64,000 nucleotides of DNA from a virus. The notes under the pieces are model-generated. The model worked only from the letters and a program-made list of their open reading frames with translations, did no database searches and had not been told where the DNA came from. The stretch's first letter is position 1. Every line of letters begins with the position of its first letter. The stretch is taken from positions 1 through 64,000 of IMG/VR virus record IMGVR_UViG_3300044730_001993; one strand, given 5' to 3'. The position numbers and the translations under genes were made by a program. This document shows, piece after piece, positions 57,955-64,000 of this stretch.

Positions 57955-60302
57955 TTCGATTGCTCCGTGCGCAGTTCGCGCGCGTTTCCGACGATCTCAC
58001 GAAGCCCCGAAACGTAGTAGAGCTCACCGGGCTTCGCGGGGATTCCTCGCGCGGGGTCGCCTCGCAGGTTGAGCGGTCGCGTGACCGAGACGTACCAGAG
58101 GTTGAGTTCCTCTTGAACGTCCTTCGGGTTCTTCGGGCGGCGCTTCTGCCACCCGTCGATGCCGTACTTGAACGTTTCATTGAGGATGAACACGCGGTTC
58201 GCCTCGCCGCCCTTGATGCGGTGAACCGACGTGAGCACGAGTCGCCCCGCAAGGTGCGCCTTGTACTCCTGCGGCGACATCGCCTTCACGTCGCCCTCGG
58301 TCGGCGCGATTTCCTTCAGGCGACGTTCTACTTCGGACGGGGTGTCGATGCCGGGGAGTTGCGTGAGGCCCGTGCGGTCGGGGTTCCAGAACGCGTTGTA
58401 GATGAGGTCGACCATCACGACTTCGTGATCTTCGTCGATCATCTGCGAAATGTTGCGGAACTCCTTCCCGCTTCGACGTTGCAGTTCCGTAAGGCGCTCC
58501 CTTACCTCCGCGGATCGCGTGGCGCGCTCACGTTCGTGCCAGTTCTGGAGCGCCTCGATGAACACGCCCATATCGTCCGAGTCGCGCGTGCGCGCTCGGA
58601 TCTTGTACATGATCTCCTTGAGTTCCTTCGCGATCGAACTGCCCTCTCCGAGAATCCACGGGGTGATGCCCTGCGAAATCGCGATGAGCGCCATCGGCAC
58701 GAGCGCCATGTTCACGCGAGTGATTACGATATCGCCGCGGCCCCACATCTGAACCATTTGGCGCGAGTCGATGCGAGCGCACGTTCCTTCGGGGGTGCCT
58801 TCGGGCACCTCGAACTGCGGCACCAGTTTTCGCGCTTCGGCTGCGGAACACGCGGGCACGCGATACGATACGGAGAGCGGCAGAACCGTCGCATTCAACT
58901 GCTTGATGAGGCGCTTGATGGCGTCCGAGTCTGCTCCGCGGAATCGATACACCGCCTGCTTGGAGTCGCCCACGACGACAACGCGTCCACCGGGCGCGAG
59001 ACTGCGGAACACGAGCGCGAGTTGCGCCTTGTCCATGTCCTGCGTTTCATCGACGAAGATCACGTCGTACCGACGTTCGGGTTCCATGTCAGGCGTCGCC
59101 GCGACCACGAACGTCATGTCGCGGAACGAAATGAACGGAAGTCTACCGTTCTCGGTGATCTCGTCGTACGCCGCGAGGTCTTGCGGCCTCGCGATGCTGC
59201 GAGCGTATTTGGCATTGGCGGGCGGCTCTGTGAGTCGCGCGCGCTGCGCAGCATGAACCCACCGCAGCACGTTCGCGTGCGTGAACCGCTGCGGCTTCGC
59301 CTGCGTGCCGCCGATGTACTCCCACTCTCGCGGGTCGCCCGACTCGGGGAGAAGAAGGTCGTGGTCGACTTGCACGGCGCGGATTTCGTCGTCACTGAGG
59401 GCGACGTAGCACTCGCAGAGCGAGCACAACTTCTCGATGCCTTCGAGAACGTCACGGAGCTTGTCGCCGCCGATTTGTTCGGGCACCGCAGCCCTCATCA
59501 CCGCCTTGTCGCGAAGGTAGTCGAGGATGCCGGAGCTCTTGTGCTTCTTGCCCGCGGCGTAGCGAGCGTGCCAGTATCGCCGCAGGATCGAGTAACCGTG
59601 CGCCGAGAGCGTCGCGACCGTAACGTTCGTGAGGTTCGCGGGAATGCGAGCGTCGAGTTCCTTCTGAATGCTCGTGTTGAAGGCCACCACGAGAACGGAG
59701 AGGGAAGGGTCGATGTGCTTGAGAGCTTCGATCAAAACCGTAGTTTTTCCCGCCCCTGCGACTGCCTCGATCACGAGGTGTCCGACGCCGTTGCGGATCT
59801 CATCGAAGATCGCCGTCTGGTAGTGCGACCACTTGCGTTCGGCTGTTGCGACGGCCTTGCTGCGCGAGTCTTCGGGGCGCGCTTCGAGCACCGCGCCTAC
59901 GGGCGTTGAAGCCTCCTTGACGATCGCATCCTTCGGAGCGTCGGGCACGATTGCCAGTTCCCGACTCGACGGTGCTTCGTTCACGGGAATCGCGGGCTCG
60001 ACCACCGTCACTTGTCGCGCGACGGGAACCGTGGGGATCGCGGCGCGCTCGGCTGCGTCCTTCGCCTTGTCCGCTTGCGAGAACACTCCGATGCTGGAAC
60101 CGTTCAGGAGCGCCACGAAGCCCGCGGGACGAACGAGCGGCTCGCCAGCGATCATCGTAACTGCGACCACGTTGTCGCCGATCGTCGTGCTCCACGACGT
60201 CGGGAACCCGAAGTTGCGCGTCCACACCGTCGGGGTGCTCCCGTTGCGGTGCGACTTGCGCGAGCGGACGATGCGGGGCGAACGGCGGGCGGAGCGACGC
60301 AT
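57951..60302 (-). CDS. UvrD/Rep-family (SF1A) DNA helicase with RKSHRNG leader
   Basis: AVAGAGKTT, VDETQD, VGDSKQAVYRFRGAD, LSVSYR, SVHRIKGGE and YVSVTR motifs. Confidence 0.92.
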   Translation of the reverse strand: MRRSARRSPRIVRSRKSHRNGSTPTVWTRNFGFPTSWSTTIGDNVVAVTMIAGEPLVRPAGFVALLNGSSIGVFSQADKAKDAAERAAIPTVPVARQVTVVEPAIPVNEAPSSRELAIVPDAPKDAIVKEASTPVGAVLEARPEDSRSKAVATAERKWSHYQTAIFDEIRNGVGHLVIEAVAGAGKTTVLIEALKHIDPSLSVLVVAFNTSIQKELDARIPANLTNVTVATLSAHGYSILRRYWHARYAAGKKHKSSGILDYLRDKAVMRAAVPEQIGGDKLRDVLEGIEKLCSLCECYVALSDDEIRAVQVDHDLLLPESGDPREWEYIGGTQAKPQRFTHANVLRWVHAAQRARLTEPPANAKYARSIARPQDLAAYDEITENGRLPFISFRDMTFVVAATPDMEPERRYDVIFVDETQDMDKAQLALVFRSLAPGGRVVVVGDSKQAVYRFRGADSDAIKRLIKQLNATVLPLSVSYRVPACSAAEARKLVPQFEVPEGTPEGTCARIDSRQMVQMWGRGDIVITRVNMALVPMALIAISQGITPWILGEGSSIAKELKEIMYKIRARTRDSDDMGVFIEALQNWHERERATRSAEVRERLTELQRRSGKEFRNISQMIDEDHEVVMVDLIYNAFWNPDRTGLTQLPGIDTPSEVERRLKEIAPTEGDVKAMSPQEYKAHLAGRLVLTSVHRIKGGEANRVFILNETFKYGIDGWQKRRPKNPKDVQEELNLWYVSVTRPLNLRGDPARGIPAKPGELYYVSGLREIVGNARELRTEQSK

Positions 60303-61842
60303 GGCGGGACACTACCGCGGAATCGTGCCGAACGTCTACCCCGTTCTCAGACCGAAGCCGTCGGCGGCGAGACGCCACACCATCGCCACCCACGCCTCCG
60401 CTACGGGCAAGCGGTCGCGCATCGCCGCTCGAAGGTCGCTCAGGCTCACTACGTCGCCCTCCCACGCGAACATCGGGCGTGTCGGTGGCGAGCGGACTGC
60501 TATGCAGTCGAGGTACTCCGCGAGAGCGACGTACAGGTCCGCATCGATCGCAGGCATCACGCCGATCGTTGGCGTCCGATGCGGAGGAATTTCGCCGCTA
60601 TCGCCACGCGATGCGCAGACCGAGGTGTGGATAACATACGCCTTGATCCACACGTCACCAGCGGCTCTCACGTACGGGTTGTTGAACCCCGCGGCGACCG
60701 CAGCGTCGATCAGTCGGTTGGCGACGGCGTCGAGTCGATTGCTCACGTTTTCTGCCCCTCGATTCTCGCGATCTCGGCCCTGAGAAGATCGTTCGCCTCC
60801 TCGGCCATCGCGAGCATCAGCCTGATCGGCTTCGACTGCTCGCGCTCAATCAACCCGCCCTGCACGATGCCCTCTTGCAGCAAGAGCACCACGAGCGCCC
60901 ACACGCCGTCGGACTCGTCACGGAGGTATCGGTTCTGCTCGCCGATGCACCCGGCGCTCGGCTCGCGACCGGGCCACGGTGCGCGACGCAGCCCCTTGAT
61001 CGTCGCCTTCACGCCCGCCTCGCGCAACCACGCGACGATGCGCCGTGCCTCGTGCTCGAACACCACCGGCTTCTCGTCGGGCCAGTGCAGCGCGGGAACC
61101 CACGGTGTCGCCGGGAACCTGCGAGCGACAACGGAGTCGCCCTCGCGGAGCACGGCTTCGACCCACGGGCGCTTGCGGCGGGCGAGGCGCGCGTCGGCCG
61201 ACTCCGCGGTGTGCTCGCCGAGAAACACGCGCGTCTCGTCGGGGTCGATCGCGTAGAGGCGCATCAGTCCCGCCACGGCGTCGCTCCCTCCCACGCAGCG
61301 CAGAAGTCGCGCAGCGCATCGTTGCATCGCGCTTCGATCGCGCGCGTTTTCGGCGTCTCGTTTTCGGGGTAGCCGTCAACGTAGAACCTGCGCTGGTACG
61401 AGACGTAGCGCAGTTTTCCTCCGTGCCCGAGCGCGCCGACGATGCGCAACTCGGTCGACGGACGCTCGCCGCGGGCTACCCGTTCAGACTCGTGCCGCAC
61501 GTACTCCTCGCGGGAGAGGATGCGCAGTTCCGCGCCGTTCGCCGCCAGCGTGTCGTACAGCGCGGCGAAGAACGGTGCCACGAGCTCGGCCTGCTTGCGT
61601 TCGTCGCTCACGTCCGCGCTCCGTGGGCGCAGTGCTCGTGGCACTCGTCGGGCGAGGCGTCGTGCTCCTCGCAGAACGTGCAGCCCTTGCGCACGTCGGA
61701 GTGCGCGGTGCCGCCGCACTGCGGGCACCACGACCCGTAGTCGTCGGTGTTCGCGGTTGCGAGGGTGAATACGTGCCCGCGGACGCAGTGCATTGCGGCG
61801 CGGCGGTTGCCGCGAGCCTCGGTTACGGTGAATGCCATGCGA

Positions 61843-61890
61843 CTTGTACGAGCGGAGCGAGCGAGTTCTTTACGTCGCCTCGCCGATTTC
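61843..61890 (-). promoter_or_regulatory. Class-1 element
   Basis: AAATCGG-8-CGTAAAGAA-15-CGTACAAG, 4 nt before ATG 61838. Confidence 0.75.
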
Positions 61891-61898
61891 GTCGGCGG

Positions 61899-62459
61899 TC
61901 ATCGCTTGCCGCCCGCGGTGGCGGGCAGCGTGTTCGTGAGCGAGTGCGTGCGCCCGACGTTCTGCGCGGCGCGGAGCGCACTGAGGAGGTGCGGCGCCAC
62001 CACGCCGCTCTTGCGGCCCTCGACGGGCGGGAGCGGCATCGCTGCGAAACGGTAGCCGTTCTCCACCGTCTCGAACAGTTCCGCGAGTTTCGCGCGGTGG
62101 TGCTCGTAGAGTTCCACCGCGGAGAGAACCGCCGACTCCGAGCCGCGGAACTTCGTGGTCTTGCCGTCGGTGCGAAACTTCTCGTTCGCTCGCCCACGGT
62201 AGAGGGTCCGCCCGATGCTGAATGCCGCGCAGCCCGCGAACACCGCGCAGTGAACCGAGAGGCGCTCCTCGTACTCGTGCGCGTACGTTACGCACTGCTC
62301 GATCTGCGGTTCGCTCTCGGGGATCGACACTTCGGCGCCGTACTTCGCGATGTAGCGATCCATCACGCGGCGCGCGTTCTCGCGCTCCTCGGCGGTGGCG
62401 GTTTCGCACGACGCGATGGCGTGCAGGCGGCGGAACGTTTCGCGCGGGTTCTCACTCAT
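61899..62459 (-). CDS. DUF2786-like protein
   Basis: RRLHAIA...ATAEERENARRVMDRYIAKYG. Confidence 0.55.
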   Translation of the reverse strand: MSENPRETFRRLHAIASCETATAEERENARRVMDRYIAKYGAEVSIPESEPQIEQCVTYAHEYEERLSVHCAVFAGCAAFSIGRTLYRGRANEKFRTDGKTTKFRGSESAVLSAVELYEHHRAKLAELFETVENGYRFAAMPLPPVEGRKSGVVAPHLLSALRAAQNVGRTHSLTNTLPATAGGKR

Positions 62460-62742
62460 CTTGCTCTCCCAACGCCGCGAGCCCGCACCGCGCGAGTTGC
62501 GCAGGTACGGGCGTCGTGGCGGCGGCGTGCCTCACTTCGTGATGCGGACGACCTTCCACCCCTGCACGCTGGCGTTCATGCGGAGGAGGCCGTGCGCCGC
62601 CTTGCCCGCCGTCATGCGGACCTTGCCACTCTCGTCGATGGCGGCGATCCACCCGGCCTTCGGGGCGCGGCCGAAGCAACCGCGCATATCTTCGAGTGCC
62701 TTCGCGAGCGAAACCGTGTCGGTCGTGTTCTTCATGGTGTCT

Positions 62743-62790
62743 CTTCTACGCCCGTCGGGGCGCCGTTCTTTACGACGCCCGATCATTTTT
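62743..62790 (-). promoter_or_regulatory. Class-1 element
   Basis: CGTAAAGAA-15-CGTAGAAG, 7 nt before ATG 62735. Confidence 0.75.
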
Positions 62791-63079
62791 CCGCGCAGTG
62801 CTCGCAGTCGCACGGCTCGGCGCTCACCACGTCGCGCAGGAGCGCCGCTACGGACTCGCGGTGTACGCAGTGCGTCCCCTCGTACGCCCACCCCGGACGC
62901 AACTCCGCCCACAAGCTAGGCACTTCATCGACCGTCTCGTCCCACGCCGAGAGAACGCGCGGGTGCGCGAGGATTTTCTGCCACGACTTCGTTTTCGTAG
63001 GATTGCGCATGCGCAGTTATACGCACCGCAACGACCCGCTTCTTACACGCCCCCGAAGTTTTCTTCGAGCGGGCAGAGC

Positions 63080-64000
63080 CTACCGCGTGCGGCGCCGCAC
63101 GGACCGGCGACCGTTCTGCTCGCTCCTGCGGTCGTCGGGCAACTGGCCCACCGAGAACAGGTTGCGGTCGGGTTCGCCCTCGCGCGGGAGCGGGCGCTTG
63201 CGCCAGTACATCACGAGGCGACGGAACGCATCGAGTTCCCGCTGCGCAGACGCGATCGTGGCTTCGATGCGCTCGCGGTCGAACTTCTTCGTCGCGTTCT
63301 CGGCGGCGCGCTGCATCGACTCGATCAACTCGCCGAGCGCGGCGACGTTCTTCACCGTGCCCGCGGGCGACAACTCGAAGGGCGGGAACGCAACGCCGTC
63401 GCAACGTCCCTCGATGCCGCCCTGATAGCGGGGGCGCTCGTAGCCGTGCAGCACCATCACGGGGAGGTCGCCGCGCCCAGCTTCGAGCTTGATGTTGCGG
63501 AAACACACGGGGCACGTTCCGGTGTTGTCGCGAGTCCGCGCCTCCGCGGGAACGTGCTCCTCGACGTTCAGGAAACGATTCACGCGCGCAACCCAGTCGG
63601 TCTCTTCGTCGAGCCACGAGGTCAACTCGTACGTCGAGACACCGGGCGCGCGACGCTTGCGACCGCTGGTTACGTCTACGACGTAGGTGCCGTGGCCCCG
63701 CATCGGCAGAAGCTCCACGGACTTGCCGTCGAGCGATGCGCGGATCGCGTCGACCGCGACGACGCCCTCGTAGGTGACGTACCAGTAGCCATGCGCGACG
63801 TCTTCGGCGCTTCGGCGAACGTCGGAGAGGAACACGGCGCCCGACTTGAACTTCGCGGGGATCTTGTCGACCACGCGAGTGCGGAGCGCGCTGGCGAGCG
63901 TCGCGAAACTCTCTTCGTCGTCGGCGTATGCGTGCGCTGGCCTGTTGTCTCCGACGCGAGCGAGCGCGACGAACTCCTCCGCGTGCCCACCGATCGCTTC
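63080..64000 (-). CDS. Partial hypothetical protein with a Zn finger and C-terminal RRSEQNGRRS tag
   Basis: The frame is open to the window edge. GTCPVC...HGY...RCDG. Confidence 0.65.
   Translation of the reverse strand, partial: EAIGGHAEEFVALARVGDNRPAHAYADDEESFATLASALRTRVVDKIPAKFKSGAVFLSDVRRSAEDVAHGYWYVTYEGVVAVDAIRASLDGKSVELLPMRGHGTYVVDVTSGRKRRAPGVSTYELTSWLDEETDWVARVNRFLNVEEHVPAEARTRDNTGTCPVCFRNIKLEAGRGDLPVMVLHGYERPRYQGGIEGRCDGVAFPPFELSPAGTVKNVAALGELIESMQRAAENATKKFDRERIEATIASAQRELDAFRRLVMYWRKRPLPREGEPDRNLFSVGQLPDDRRSEQNGRRSVRRRTR

Noticed and set aside
57960-59909. 649-aa plus-strand ORF
   Set aside because: Antisense shadow of the helicase.
1863-60302. RR motif as a Tat signal peptide
   Set aside because: No FLK-like consensus or hydrophobic h-region follows, and the motif also occurs internally and at C-termini.

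Overview
A very GC-rich stretch of a large phage or prophage genome. The host is possibly Myxococcota, judged only from the style of the ECF sigma factor. I saw no rRNA, tRNA, CRISPR array, reverse transcriptase or transposase. Recognisable genes: a tyrosine integrase, an ECF sigma factor running in frame into a ParB-like protein, a UvrD-type helicase, a metallophosphoesterase, two NPMTTAGD-repeat fibre proteins, a membrane-anchored M15-fold peptidase, two orphan receiver domains and a PAS protein, plus many small hypothetical ORFs. Two layers of hidden structure stand out. (1) About 20 otherwise unrelated proteins share an Arg/Lys-rich peptide with the consensus RR(S/A)x(R/K)N(G/P/S). It sits at N-termini, between domains and before basic C-terminal tails. 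Carriers include four ADP-ribosyltransferase-like proteins, two atypical kinases, a ParB/Srx protein, the helicase and a BrxA-like protein. I infer a virion packaging and cleavage tag for injected effectors. (2) About 30 copies of a promoter-like element, AAATCGG-N8-(CGTAAAGAA/CGTAAGGT/TGAATAR)-N15-CGTAnAAG, head mostly leaderless single-gene cassettes. The tagged and structural genes instead follow sigma70-like leaderless promoters. All family assignments are from motif recognition by eye, not database searches.
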